Positions 24,779 to 37,403 of a stretch of DNA of 64,000 nucleotides are shown in pieces. The stretch spans positions 665,014 to 729,013 of the forward strand of contig NW_003314298.1 of the NCBI RefSeq assembly GCF_000143415.4, written 5' to 3'. The DNA comes from Selaginella moellendorffii. Taxonomy: Eukaryota > Plantae > Lycopodiophyta. The notes beneath the pieces were generated by a model. That model searched no databases and was not told where the DNA came from. It saw only the letters and a list, made by a program, of their open reading frames with translations. How positions within the stretch are numbered: position 1 is the first letter of the stretch; the number at the start of each line of letters is the position of its first letter. The position numbers and the translations under genes are program-made.

Positions 24779-27700
24779 GTTGAAATCGGGAATTCCGAGA
24801 TTTTCCCATCGAACTCTCTGCAGGCACTTACCACAAGCCACGGAACCACCAACGGGAATGGACAGTGATTCCAAAAGGCTGGCGTGATAAACGTCGTTGC
24901 AAGCTGCCTTGGAGGGAGTCGCAGTGAAAGGAGGACGAACATCGGTGCTGCTGGCTGGATATTGCGACTGTGGTGGATAGTTCGTCGGGGATTGGCTTGG
25001 TATCTGTCGATTCTGCAGCTCGTGTTCAATTATATACCCGTCCCAAGCCGTCTTCATCTCTTCTGGTGTCAGTTTCTCCTCCTCCAAGTCCTCTAACAGG
25101 GGCTCGTGTTCGTGATACTGCGCAATCCACCTGCGTGAACATAAAAGCGAAAAAAGTGAACTTACTAAAAATTCGATCAGAAAAGGAGAGCCATACTGTG
25201 GCCTAAAGTCCAAGAGAAGCATCGCCATGTGATCATCTCGTGGAGGGGCGTCAGAGGGCACAAAAAACGTTTTGTGCTTGGGCTTCTGACCCTTGGCACC
25301 AGGCTGCTGTTGCTGCTCGGTTCCGGCCAATTGAGTTCCCTCCTCGTCGTCATCGTCATCCAAAGTATACATAAGCTCCAGGTCGTCTGCGTTTAAATGC
25401 CTGCCAACTTGATGGGCGTCAAGCACCCTCGCAGCGATGCCTTCCTTCGTTAACTGTCATTGTTGAACATTAGACTTGCCTCTCAAACAGTAAAGCTTAC
25501 TTGGCGATTGTAGATTTTCTCTTCCATAGTCCCGTACGCCAGCAATCGATAGACAAACACAGGCTTCGTTTGCCCATATCTAAATAAAACCAATGATAAC
25601 CACAAAATCTGAAGAAGATTTCAAATAAGTACCTCCATGCTCGAAAAAGAGCTTGTAAATCGTGAGTAGGATTCCAGGACCCATCAACTATGATGACACG
25701 GTTAGCGCCGGTCATATTAGTACCCAGCGAGCCAGCCTTGGTAGAAATTAGAAGACACTTAATAGCTGTGTTGTTAGGATCGTTGAAAATGTCCGCTATC
25801 TGCTGCCTCCGACTCGCAGTTGTGTTGCCATCGAGCCTGTGCATTTGCCAAGATTTTATAGATGGCCAGAGAAATGAACAAGAGTGTACCTTAGCCATTC
25901 TCTCCCTTTGTTCCAAACATCTTGGCTACCTCCAAGTGGAATTGTATCCAAGAAGTTTTCAATCAAATCGAGCGTGTGCAAACTCTGGCTGAATACTAGA
26001 GTCTTTTCGCCTCGCGACGAGTTCAGTGAGAGCAGTGTCATAATCAGGACCATTTTTCCACTGTTTTCTAAAACATCCCGCTTTGACTCTTTAAGAATCT
26101 CTTCACACCATTCGAAACTATCAGCCTGAATAAACTACAGTCAGTTCCAAGACAAAAATTGCGAATATACTTACCTCAGGGGAAGCCCGCTTTGGACATC
26201 CTGGGCCAGAAAAGAAAAAAAGAGTAGTCAGAACCAACTTAGGAGTAAAACTCCATTGCACCTTGTCCATTCTCGGCGCTATCTTCTTTCTCCGAGTCTA
26301 CAATAAACTCCTCGTTCAATCGTTGCTCTTTTGCAATAGCTAGCAAATCCGGGTGGTTCCATATCTGTAAAAAAAACCATGAGCTCGTTGAGATCGGACT
26401 TACGTTATTACCTTGGCTAGAACATGGTAGTGATCGAAGAGTTTGCTCCTCCCAGTTTCGCATAAGCTCAAAAACTTTTTGTATAGCTGTTTCTGCAAGG
26501 GAGACAGGCGGACAGAGATCACCCATACGCACTTTGGAGGGAGTTCATCTTTCAAGACAGTCATGTCCCGTCGTTGCACGAATCCGCTCAGACGTTTATG
26601 CAGAATATGCACTGTCCGTTTCATCTTCTTTACATCGTCCGGAGTAGAATCGGCATGTTGACCATTTGCTATTGGATTCTGGACCCTACATGCAAAGGAC
26701 CTCATTAACATCCACTTTCCAGCAGTCGAAAGTCTTACTTGTTACGAAAGATCGCTTGAGGACCCAGAAACCCAGGCCGCACAAAGTCAACCATCTGTAA
26801 GATCAATTAATCCACATAATGACACCAGCATCGGATACTTACACAATAGTACTCCATCAGATTGTTTTGTAGAGGAGATCCTGTCATGGCTATTCGGCGG
26901 CCAGATTTCACTCGCTGGAGTGCTATGGTAATGTCCGCCTTGTCATTTTTAATGGTGTGACCCTCGTCACAAACAACTATGTCAGCGCCAGGATCCTAGA
27001 TAATACAAGCACAAATATAACCGTCATGGTCACCAAGTAAAGAATAAATACCTGCAGGCACTTGCATAGAGTATCTCTTGTTTCCTTGTCCTTCACGTGA
27101 CTTCCCGTCGAAAGATTCCGAAATGCTGCATAGCCAATAAGCATGACACCTCCCTTTTCCTTCCAGGATTTCAGAAGGCTCGCTCTAGTTGCATTATCCC
27201 TGCATAGAGTAGCCGCGTCAACAGTTGTATGAGGATGACGAAGAGAAAGTACCTGGAAGTATCTAGCATCGACACTTCCAGAGGCGCAACTTCTGCAGGC
27301 CGCCACTTCTCGAATTCACGCTTCCAATTATGCAAAACATTTACGGGGACCACAACCAACACGGTTTTGAAGTTCAAGTCCACGTTTCTCATTACCGTGT
27401 ACAAGAAAGCGATAACCTGTAAAGAAGATGGTAAAACAACCATAACTTGGAACTTCTAAGAACTCAAACCTGCAGCGTTTTTCCAAGTCCCATGCTGTGG
27501 GCAAGTATGCAGCCCAAACCTACATCCCCGGATTTGACTTTCTCCACAGACTCAATACAGTTGTCCCACATAAATCGGACTCCACACAGCTGTTGCATAA
27601 ACGGGAGGTTAATAGCTTCATGCGCCTCAAGTAATTACCTGGTGTGGCTTTAAATGCTTCGATATACTTGCAGGAATCCGAACCAGTGGTTCACCAGTTT

Positions 27701-30700
27701 GCCTGCTAGCAATGTTGATAACGCACCCCTCAGTTTTGCAATCACCTTCACAGATATGATCGTCTCCGTCTGTCCCTTCGACAGCCTTCTCTGAGTTGGC
27801 GGCTTTCCCAGAGAGAGACTTCCCCTTTCTTGCTTCTGCATACCATTCTGCTAGGCGTTCTCGACGTTCCTACAATAACAGTGATTGAAAAATGATAGGT
27901 AGATTTCTCGAGGGCATACCTTTTCAAGTGCCAACTTCTGTTTCGTAACCTCGTCCAATTCGTCATCTCTCAGCACCCTGCGAATGTTCTTTCGTTGTTT
28001 TTTACTGCACAAAAGAGAGGTTAACTAGAGTGCAGTTGAAAAAAGAAAAAAACAGATACCGATTACGCCTCACGTCCAAGTTAGCTAGTGATTCCTTTAA
28101 GGCTTCTTCTTCTGCTACTTTCAGCCACTGCTGCAAACTTGCTAAAGGAGATGGATCGCAAAGGTAGCACTTCCAGGATATGTCTTCTATGCTTTCCAAA
28201 AACGCAGGTCCGAAATTCCTCCCAATGCAAGACTCGCAAAAAACCTTGTCGCAGCTATCGCAGCAAATCAGACTTCCACCTTCACCACACCATCTACATT
28301 CTGCTTCCGAGCCATCTTCATCCTGAAATTGATATGATCAGCAAAAATAAAAAGAGAACCAGGAACACCCTACCTTCCGAAACGGGCCATCATCATACTG
28401 TTGCTTACAGGAGGTGCAAATTATAACTTTCAGAACGGGATGCGACAGTACGTCTTTTGCCGACATTGTCTCGCCGCATACTGTGCACCCGAAGCTCCTG
28501 TTTCCTCTCGTCAACCTTCTCCTGGTATCCCCGGACAGCTTACTCTGACTTAAATCGCAGCTGTCTGAGTTTCTTTCCTCTTGCTCATCACGATCACTTT
28601 TCAATCCCGATTGTTCCTTCTTGGCCGAGGTCGCATCTTCCTCATCTTCACTACTGTTAACCATGAAACAACGCTTTCTCTTGCATCTGGATGAAGAACC
28701 ATGTTCAGTCACTCGTTTCAAAGGCTTTAACGGAGAAGTCGTTTCATCCAGCGCAGTGACATCTGAAACAAGAGTTAAAACTAAAGAGAATAGCATTACG
28801 CGCTAACCTTTACTTGGCACCTTGCCTTGGTCTACTGTTCTCGGTTGTGCAGTCGAACCGCAATCAGCAGGTGGATCGTCGTCATCATCATCGCTGACAA
28901 CAATGACCATCGAAGGAGTCGGCTTTTTAGCATCATCACCCGCTGAGCTCGTCCTCACTCCAATGGCTTTAAAACTGTTACTTCTTTTAAGAACCTTGAA
29001 TTCTTCAGTCTCAACTGCTTCGTCATGGCATTGACTTCCATCTGCGACTGCCTCTGCCTGTGTTTCATTATCTCTGACGGTCTGTTCCATGAAGACGGGC
29101 ATAGGCTCCGTTCCATCTGTGGTTGGGCGTCCAAAAGAGCTAGCATTGCGTATATGATCCTTTCCTTCCCTGGCTGGAGCCACACCTTTCTTCACTTTTT
29201 CCTCGCTGCGCGACGGCGTTCCATTAATAAATGACTGATTCCTAGTTGTCACGTTATCCGCGATTGCCTGGTCCGTTCCTGTTTGCCGCTCATGACTCTG
29301 ACGTTGCTCGTCTTCGAGTCGCAATTCATCTGTGTTCTGCGGGTCCCCTGCAGTCCCCAGATCAATGGTATCGGGCTGCAATCTGGATAGTACTGCAGGA
29401 GGCTCGGTTATAATATTAACGTCACTTGTTGATGACTTCACTTGTGATGCCATTGCCCCTCCAAACCCGCACTGCAAATATAAAAGCCGTCAGAAGAGCG
29501 ATTATTGAGTAAAAACTAACATTGACACGTCTGGCACCAATTTTCTTCTGCATCTGCCGCACATCATCCTCTTCTCTAACCTGCTTGCAGGCTGCGTCAG
29601 TACGTGAAGTAAATAAAAGGAATGAATACCCGCTTCATAGTCTTCTTCTGATGCTCCGTAAGACCGAACTCACTCTCTTCGGCCAAAGCGGCCGCCTCCA
29701 TCCCAACATGTTGATCTATGTCCGCAATATCGTCAACCTGACATGAGAAGGTTAGTTTCTGACGTTTCAAGACATTATACCTTGTCAACGCCTGGGAACT
29801 TTAAGCCCAATCGCGCTGCTTGCTCCGGGGTCGAGGCGGAGTAAACCGCAGCCCATTTTTTTGACTCGAACAAGCTAACTGCGCTCAGTTTTGGCTGGAA
29901 TGCACTATCAAAAGCTTCCCATCCAGTGGAGCCCTTTACAGTATCGACGTCGTTCACTTTTCTTTCCAGGAAACCGCTTGCACCTTCTTCTACAAGTTTG
30001 CCTCGGCGCCTAATATCTCACAGGTTAGATCAGCTCCATATGCGTAAAAACGAACCTTATAACCGGCCGCAGAGCATCCAAATCTTTCTCGGCAGAATGA
30101 AGCACTTCCGCAAAATCTTCAGGTGCCTGAGTACCAGCCCAGTGAGCCCGGTTTCTCCAAGTGTCCGTCATACACCCTTCAGCAGCCTGCTTTTCAATAG
30201 CTTTGAATAGATCCGGTAGAGACACACCGGCATCTTCAAGGCGGTCCTGGAGAAGATGGTTCAGTATCACAATAGCACAAATAGCTCTCTAATCAACCTG
30301 AAGCTTTGCACTCTCCTCTTCAAGCTCCAAAAGCGTTTTTTTCCATATGGAAACGTAGTCCGCCATTTCACAAGAAACTGCCATATCCAGCTACCAACAA
30401 AATGGTGTCCATGAGCTTTTTTCCTTGCATGCAAATTTCTTACTTCTTGTCCAGAGAGTGTTTCAGACAACTCCAGCCTGACTTCCTCCTCCACTTTCTT
30501 TACACTTTCGTCTTCCAAATGTTCTTGAGCGTCCGCGGACTGATAACATCACAGATAAACCAGCTATTGGATGACAAAACAAAAGGATACAAACCTCACT
30601 TTCAATTTCCACCAGCCAATCGATCATCCTTGTGACTTCCTCGTCAGACTTTGAGCCCTGAACATCAAACATAAGTATGATGAACGACAAGAAACACTAG

Positions 30701-31240
30701 AAGTACCTCACTGGAACTCTCGGACATGTATCCATCGCCATCGCACTCGTCCTCCGAGCTGTCCTTTTCAACTCCGCCATCTCCTTCTTCCCTGCTAGTA
30801 AAAACTCAATCACGAAACAATACAAAAATAGGAGCTCGAATTTACCGCTGGACTTCGCAAGCTTTGTCTTCCTTCTCTACAAGTTCGCAGCTCTTTTCTT
30901 CATCCGCATCTACTCGTATGATCTCGCAGCTGTTTCCATCGACTTGTTCTTCACACCGGATTTCCTCCTTGACTTGTGCTTGCGGTGAGACTTTCTCTTC
31001 TTGGCATTCATCTTCTTCGCAAACTTTTCCTTGCTCCTCGACAAGCAGCCCATTCTCACTTCTCTCACCGATACTGGGGACTTCTCTGACTGACCTCAAA
31101 GAAATCTTCACATCATCTAGTGGATTCTCGGCCTTTATGCAATCCGAGGCGCAAAATGGCTGCCCTACAATCAGCGCAGCCACTCTCCTCGCCGCCGCCA
31201 AGCCGGCATTAAACTTCACCTGGAGCTCGGGATCCCCCAT
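24743..31240 (-). CDS. ATRX: ATRX (CHR20-like) SNF2 chromatin remodeller with ADD zinc finger (multi-exon)
   Basis: ADD cysteines ([26 protein letters not shown]), [68 protein letters not shown] and a C-terminal polyQ. The start is inferred. Confidence 0.92.
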
Positions 31241-31455
31241 TGCCCAATCTCTCACGCTCCCAAAACCCTGAAACAATCCACCTGTGAGCCGCGGCGGTCG
31301 TAACGCTGGGAGACGATCGAGGATTCCAGCCACTGCCGAGGCATGGGAAGCGATCGTGAATGGAATCCCGCGCCCTCCCCGCGCGCTTCCTCTCCCTCCT
31401 CAAAGCCCTAAAACTTTTGAAAAAGCCGCCAATACACCCTAATAGGGTGAAAATT

Positions 31456-33195
31456 CTAGCCTCGCGTAAAACCAGGACTATTAGACAAAGCGTTGGACAA
31501 GAGCACATACAAGCTTGAATCCATCTCGCCCGCCAACTTCCTCGCAATCTTTGCTCCAAGCTCCAAATTGCCCTGTGTTCTACAAGCTCCCAGCAGCGAG
31601 ATCATCCACGCCTCGCTCTTCTTCGCCCCTTCTCGCAAATCTTTGACAAGCTCCTCGCATTCCTCTAGCGATCCTCCCCTCCCGAAGAGATCCACGATAC
31701 ACCCATACTGCTTGGCCGCCGGCTCCACGAAATACGAGAGATCGATCGAGAGCATCAGCTCGCGCGCTCGATCTGGCATTCCTCCGTGGCTGCAAGCCGA
31801 GAGGATCCCAAGGAAGGAGACGCGATCGGCCGAGAATCCCTGCGAGCTCATCTCTGGAAGAAGGAGCAAGGCCTCGAGAACGCGGCCATGACGAGCAAAC
31901 GCTGCCAGCATCGAGTTCCACGAGAAAGTGTTCCTCTCCGGCATGGAATCAAAGATCTTGCGAGCTTGGTTGATCTCTCCGCCACGGTTGTAAGCTCCGA
32001 TCAAGGCGTTCCAGGAAACCAAGTTTCTCTCCGGCATCGAGTGGAAGATATTGGTTGCCTCGCGCCAGTGGCTGCCCGTAGCATACCCAGTGATCATCGC
32101 GTTCCAAGTTGTGACGTTGCTCTCCGGGATCTCGTCAAACAGACGTTTGGCCTCTTCGATCTGGCCATGCTCGGCATGAGCGGTGATCATCGCGTTCCAC
32201 ATCGCAACATCTCGCCGATCGACGCCATGGGCATCGAAGATCTCTCTGGCGGAGTTGATATACCCGTTCTGGGCATAGGCCACCAGCATCGCGGTTCTCA
32301 CTGCTAGATCATCTCTGGGAGCTCGATCCATCACTTCTCTGGCCTTGCCAACATCCCCACCATCGCCGTAAGCCGCGATCATCGCAGTGGAGCTTGGAGA
32401 GTCGTGCTCGGGCACACCCTGGAAGATTTCCTCCGCTTGGTCGAGCCTGTCCACTGCGATGTAGGCCGAGATCATCGAGTTCCAGGCCAAAGCTGTGATC
32501 TCCGGCATTCGGTCGAAGAAGCATCTTGCCTGGATCACGTCTCCCATGCCAGCCAGCGAAGAAACCATGGCAGTCCAGCCTAGAGTGTTCGTCTCGGGCA
32601 TCCCTTGGAGAAAAAAATCTCTGGCCTCGATCATCCTCCTGTTCTTGAGCAAGGCCGTGAGCATGGCATTGCACGAGACGAGCGTCCTCTCGGGCATGGC
32701 ATCAAAGATCTCCTTCGGGGCAGCCAAGCAACGATGATCCCCGGCTTGGGCATACGCGCTGACCATCGCTGTCCACGACACGATGTCTCTCTCGGGCATC
32801 CGATCGAACAGCTCCTTCGCTCGATCCAGCTCCTGTTCCTGAGAAAATCCCGACAGCATCGCGTTCCACGATGCCACATTCCTCTGATCCATCGCCTCAA
32901 AGACCGCTTCCGCCTCGCGGAGATGCCCGTTCTGGGCATACGCAGAGATGAGGATGTTCCAGGAGAAGAGATTGGGTGGCGCCGCGAGATCGTCGAATGC
33001 CCGGCGAGCCTCCTCTGCGCTGCCACAACGCCGGAACGCATCGATCACGAGGTTCCCCAGCAGCAGATCCGGCGAAGAACCGAAACTCTCGCTCACGATC
33101 GCCTGCAAGCGCCTGGCGAGCTGGAGATCCGAGCAAGCTCGCAGCCGCCGTGCCAGTGCATCACGCTGGAGACTCAGATCCTCGCAGCTCCCCAT
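31456..33195 (-). CDS. PLS-class PPR protein with E-domain-like end and no DYW
   Basis: 579-aa intronless ORF with repeated (R)N..SWNAM(I/L) motifs, ending YGCIVDLFGRGG..SLLGACRTQGN..YVLLSN. Confidence 0.93.
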   Translation of the reverse strand: MGSCEDLSLQRDALARRLRACSDLQLARRLQAIVSESFGSSPDLLLGNLVIDAFRRCGSAEEARRAFDDLAAPPNLFSWNILISAYAQNGHLREAEAVFEAMDQRNVASWNAMLSGFSQEQELDRAKELFDRMPERDIVSWTAMVSAYAQAGDHRCLAAPKEIFDAMPERTLVSCNAMLTALLKNRRMIEARDFFLQGMPETNTLGWTAMVSSLAGMGDVIQARCFFDRMPEITALAWNSMISAYIAVDRLDQAEEIFQGVPEHDSPSSTAMIAAYGDGGDVGKAREVMDRAPRDDLAVRTAMLVAYAQNGYINSAREIFDAHGVDRRDVAMWNAMITAHAEHGQIEEAKRLFDEIPESNVTTWNAMITGYATGSHWREATNIFHSMPERNLVSWNALIGAYNRGGEINQARKIFDSMPERNTFSWNSMLAAFARHGRVLEALLLLPEMSSQGFSADRVSFLGILSACSHGGMPDRARELMLSIDLSYFVEPAAKQYGCIVDLFGRGGSLEECEELVKDLREGAKKSEAWMISLLGACRTQGNLELGAKIARKLAGEMDSSLYVLLSNALSNSPGFTRG

Positions 33196-33255
33196 TGATG
33201 ATCATCCACCATCGTATTCTTCAAAACTCCAGTGACTTTGCGAAGAACTAGATCG

Positions 33256-34710
33256 ATGAGCCGGGCTTGCTCGGTATCCAGCATCGCCCACCGAGCCAAG
33301 GAGGACAGCTTCGCGCGGCTGCTACGATCGTGCGCGGAGCTCCAGGATCTCTCCGGCGGCAAGCGCGTCCACGCCCGGATCGATCAGACCGAGCACCGCC
33401 ACAGCACCTATCTCGCCAACCTCCTCGTCAACATGTACGCCAAGTGTGGCTCCGTGAACGATGCCCGCTACGTCTTCGATCGAATCCAGGAGCCCAATCG
33501 CTTCTCCTGGAACATCATGACGTGCGCCTACGCCATGAATGGATTCGTGGAGCTGGCCGCGAGCTTCTACCAGATGATGCCGGACAAGACCGTGATCGCT
33601 TGCACTGCCGTGATCGAGGCGCTGGGCCATCTCGGACAGATCGAGAGGGCCAAGACGCTCTTCGACGGCTTCCCTGCCACTGCCCGTGATCTCGTCTGCT
33701 CAAACGCGATGCTCGCGGCCTACGCCCGGAATGGGCATCTGGAATCGGCGGAGACGATGCTGCGGGCGATGGAGATCCGGAACGTCGTGTCATGGAACAC
33801 GCTCTTGCTCGGCTATGCGGACCATGGCGATCCGAAATACGCGAAGAAGATCTTCCAGGAGATGCCGCAGCGCAACGAGGTGGTGTGGCTCGGCCTCATC
33901 GCGGCATTCGCCCAGCGCGGGTACTTGCAGAGAGTCCACGCGCTCTTCGATCGGATGCCCTGCCACAACGCCGGGACCTGGAGTACCTTGATCGAGTTGC
34001 GCTCAAAGGACGACGAGCTTGGCCGGGCTGAGAGGCTGTTCCAGAGGATGCCGCTGAGGAACAAGGCGGCATGGGCCGCGATGCTCCACGCGTATCTCCG
34101 TGCCGGAAATCTCACGCGCGCAAAAGATCTGCTCGACCGAATGCCGCAGCAAGAGATGGAGCTTGCCGTGGCCCTGATCGCGGCATACCTCAAAAGCGGC
34201 CTCCACAGACGTGCCAAGAAGAGCTTCGATCGCTTGCCCTGGGCCGATCCCCACGCATGGAGCTCGCTCCAAGGCAATATCACCAAGGGAGACGATTTGC
34301 CCCAATCTTGCCCGGATGAACTGAGATCTCCACTATCGTTCCAAAAACCAGCTCGATCGCCAAAGAAAGAAGCCTCCCGTCCTCAATCGCGCCTAGGATC
34401 TGCAAGAACCGGATCTCTCCATCCACAATCGGGCCTAGAATCGAGCAGCCGAGCCCCTGACGAGCGCTCTGTCCCTGGCGGCAATCTGGCGGCGCGGGCG
34501 GCCAAAGCAAGAAATCTCCATCGCCAGCGCCTGCCCCAAGCTTGCACCCTGGAGGAGCTTCGATCCCTCAAGCAGCGCATCCTGCTCATGCCGCCGGCGA
34601 AGAGGATCAAGTGGAGAGCGGTGCTCAAGCTCATGCGCGCCGGCTACCTTCTCAAGAAATGGAGCTCCTCCAAAATCTGGCCAAGGCGGGAAAGAAAGAC
34701 TAGGCCCTAG
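33256..34710 (+). CDS. PLS-class PPR protein with a non-PPR basic C-terminal tail
   Basis: ANLLVNMYAKCGSVNDARYVFDRI and RNVVSWNTLL motifs over ~330 aa, followed by a ~150-aa S/P/R-rich and basic tail. Confidence 0.88.
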   Translation: MSRACSVSSIAHRAKEDSFARLLRSCAELQDLSGGKRVHARIDQTEHRHSTYLANLLVNMYAKCGSVNDARYVFDRIQEPNRFSWNIMTCAYAMNGFVELAASFYQMMPDKTVIACTAVIEALGHLGQIERAKTLFDGFPATARDLVCSNAMLAAYARNGHLESAETMLRAMEIRNVVSWNTLLLGYADHGDPKYAKKIFQEMPQRNEVVWLGLIAAFAQRGYLQRVHALFDRMPCHNAGTWSTLIELRSKDDELGRAERLFQRMPLRNKAAWAAMLHAYLRAGNLTRAKDLLDRMPQQEMELAVALIAAYLKSGLHRRAKKSFDRLPWADPHAWSSLQGNITKGDDLPQSCPDELRSPLSFQKPARSPKKEASRPQSRLGSARTGSLHPQSGLESSSRAPDERSVPGGNLAARAAKARNLHRQRLPQACTLEELRSLKQRILLMPPAKRIKWRAVLKLMRAGYLLKKWSSSKIWPRRERKTRP

Positions 34711-35592
34711 ATCCCCACGAATATTCTTCTCCTCTTTTAAAAAGCACTTCGCGACTAAACCTCAAGAGCCCTAATTTATGGCAAGAGATGCGCCAATTGA
34801 TCTTGGGCCCTAAAAATTCCGGCAAAACGGAGCTTCTCGAGCAATCTCCCAACCTTTGTTCTGGAGGATCTCGATTGGCATGGAACGCTGGAGTCGAGAT
34901 TCTTTCTTCTCCGCCAGCACCTCTAGTTCTTCCGCTTAGTGACGAAGAGTGGGCCAAGTTTGCGGTTGTATAAAGTGGATAATGACTTAAACATGACAAC
35001 ATTGGAAGTCACTAAGAAACTCCAGTCTTTCTCGAGCTCACAGGCTGGGAGCTCCAGTCTTTCCTTGAGCTCACTAAGATCTTTGTGTTCTTTGGGCGAG
35101 AAGTGTAAAGGAGTGGAGAGAGAAACTCTTGGTGGAGAGAGAAACCTTCTGCTTGAGTATCATCCAAACCTTTATATCATAAACAACATGCTCTAATTAT
35201 CTATCGACCTGGATGAGCTTTGAAATTTTACCCCACCAGGCCTCATCCGCAGCAACCTCTCCATCAAAGTCCGGAATTGATTTTGGAATCCATTCACCAG
35301 CTGTGAGTTTAATGCTTTAGATTAGCTCTAGTTAACATAGTTAGTTTTGAGCCTTAATACTGAATTATTAAATATTCTTTTTGACCATAAACCCTGGGCA
35401 CTGTAATTTTGGTTGGAGGCAGTGCATTTGTTTTTGGGATTGTTAGGTTCAACCAGTCTAGGATGGAGCATATAATGGACAGTTGTTTGTAGCAAATTGT
35501 CTAGGTAATGAGGACGAGTTATTTCTCTACAATACTTTCCAGTTCATAAACGTTCATAAACAACCCACAATCTCTACAACTCGCATTCTATC

Positions 35593-36060
35593 ATGTCTTC
35601 GCAGTTTATTATCTGCTTAGTCTTTGCTCTTGTAGCGCTTGCAGGGACAAGCAACGCTGTAAGCTATCCGTTTTTTTAAAAATGCCCACACTAGAACTAT
35701 AGCTAATCAGACTTTGATGCAGGCATGCAACTTTGAGGAAGCTGTGACAAGAACTCAGAGGTTATAAGCGGCACAACATTGACTGCCAATTGTTACAAGC
35801 CCAATGGCCAGCTCCAAAGGAGCAGCATCAATCTTAACGATTGCTTCAGCAACAATGGAGGCACCCTCAACTGTGGCAGAAACTTTGTTGCCTCGTGCCA
35901 GAATGTAGTGATCACCCCGTGGTACCATCCTCCAGCTCCAGGTCCTGCTTCCATCAATGCGCAGTGCTATGGCAATGGCCAGTATCGTTATACCTCAGTA
36001 CTGATTAACAAGTGTGTGCACAACAACAATGGATTCCTCCAGTGTTGTAGCAGCGAGTGA
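35593..36060 (+). pseudogene. Cyanovirin-N homologue (CVNH) copy 1, frameshifted
   Basis: Signal-peptide exon 35593-35658 and exon 2 from 35723. It reads gaggaagctgt where copy 2 reads gaggatagctgt, a 1-nt deletion causing an early stop. The TATA region of copy 2 is missing. Confidence 0.8.
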
Positions 36061-36368
36061 AATTTCTCATGATAATTGTTATTTATGATTCTTTTGATTT
36101 AGGGTTCTTGCATCTTAAGATTGAGGCACCACCGCTCTTTCTTCGCGGATGCCACAACGATTTGGCTCGGGGCACTGCCTTATTCCCCAAGAGCTTTTGC
36201 ACACTTTTCTTCCGTGTACAAACATGCTCAATCTTGCATTTCGCAAAGTAGCGATTTACCACCTTGTTGTTCCTTCACCACCATTCTAACAACGATGCCA
36301 ATCATCACAGCATTAGCTCACAGCAGTGCCCTGGATCTTCTTCCAGAAAGAGCTCCCGATTTTCAGCA

Positions 36369-37403
36369 CTAACAAGAGAACCAAGCAAAGTCCACGAATC
36401 CTGGCACAGCCTCGGGCGCCTCCTCCACTGACCAGCTCTTGGAATCGACTCCAAAGTGCAAAATCCGTGAGTTATCCCCGTCAAGCAGCCATATACTGTT
36501 GCTCCCATCAGTGCAAACAGTGCACGCCTCCAAATCATCAAACTCCTCATCACGGCTCGAAACAATCTCCCACTTCTCTCCCCGCCTCTCTACGACAACC
36601 AGCCCCTCGTGATCTTCCGCCTGGAACTCATTACTAACCACGAACAGCCGATCCCGATCCAGCTGAAGAACGGACCAGCTCCATTCGAACATCAACTCGT
36701 CGGAATCAAGCTTGAGAATGCGCCAGGAATCATCCCACAAGTTGTATCTCACGAGGCTCCAGGTATCCATGCAAAGCATCACCACCTCCCCATGATCCAG
36801 CATTGGATAGAAACCATCCCCGTCCTCCATGTCCCCTGTGACTGGGTAGTGTTTGTTCTCGCGCAAGGACCACTCGCCCGAGGACGAATCGTAGATGTAG
36901 AAGGCGCCCCATGGCCCGAAGCTAGCGACGCAAAACTCTCGCGTCGATCGATCCCTCTCGCGGCGGTACACCCTCAAGCGCATATCAGGGTCGATCTCTG
37001 GCGGCAACGGAACTCTCACCGGAGAGGAGTTGAGATCGCTGTAGCGCCACACGAAGATGGAGGATAGCGCCAACCAGTTCCCAAACGTGGCCAGGCACAG
37101 CAAGCCCGCGTCGCTGCTGGCGATGGTCATGCCCTTGGGGAGCTTCTGGAAGTGGCGCCACTCGCTGCGAGGGGAGTTGTCGAGCGGCTTGACGAGGAGG
37201 GATCCAGAAAGACGAAAGCAGAGGTGAGGGATGCAGCGGTGGGAGAGAGCGTAGCCATTGCGGAAGCTGGGATCGTCAATTGCTCGTCGCCATTCGCGGC
37301 ACACGCACCTGGCCTGGCACAGATCGATCGCGGACAGCCTGAGGAAGACGAGCTCCAGCTCTGTCACGACTTCGCCGCTGGCGATCGCTCCTCTTTGCCG
37401 CAT
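36369..37403 (-). CDS. Intronless F-box protein, cassette copy 1
   Basis: 344 aa; LELVFLRLSAIDLCQARCVCREWRRAIDDPSF and ASSDAGLLCL. Confidence 0.88.
   Translation of the reverse strand: MRQRGAIASGEVVTELELVFLRLSAIDLCQARCVCREWRRAIDDPSFRNGYALSHRCIPHLCFRLSGSLLVKPLDNSPRSEWRHFQKLPKGMTIASSDAGLLCLATFGNWLALSSIFVWRYSDLNSSPVRVPLPPEIDPDMRLRVYRRERDRSTREFCVASFGPWGAFYIYDSSSGEWSLRENKHYPVTGDMEDGDGFYPMLDHGEVVMLCMDTWSLVRYNLWDDSWRILKLDSDELMFEWSWSVLQLDRDRLFVVSNEFQAEDHEGLVVVERRGEKWEIVSSRDEEFDDLEACTVCTDGSNSIWLLDGDNSRILHFGVDSKSWSVEEAPEAVPGFVDFAWFSC

Noticed and set aside
31493-34634. Many overlapping alternative-frame ORFs in the PPR region
   Set aside because: These are shadow ORFs of GC-rich coding DNA.
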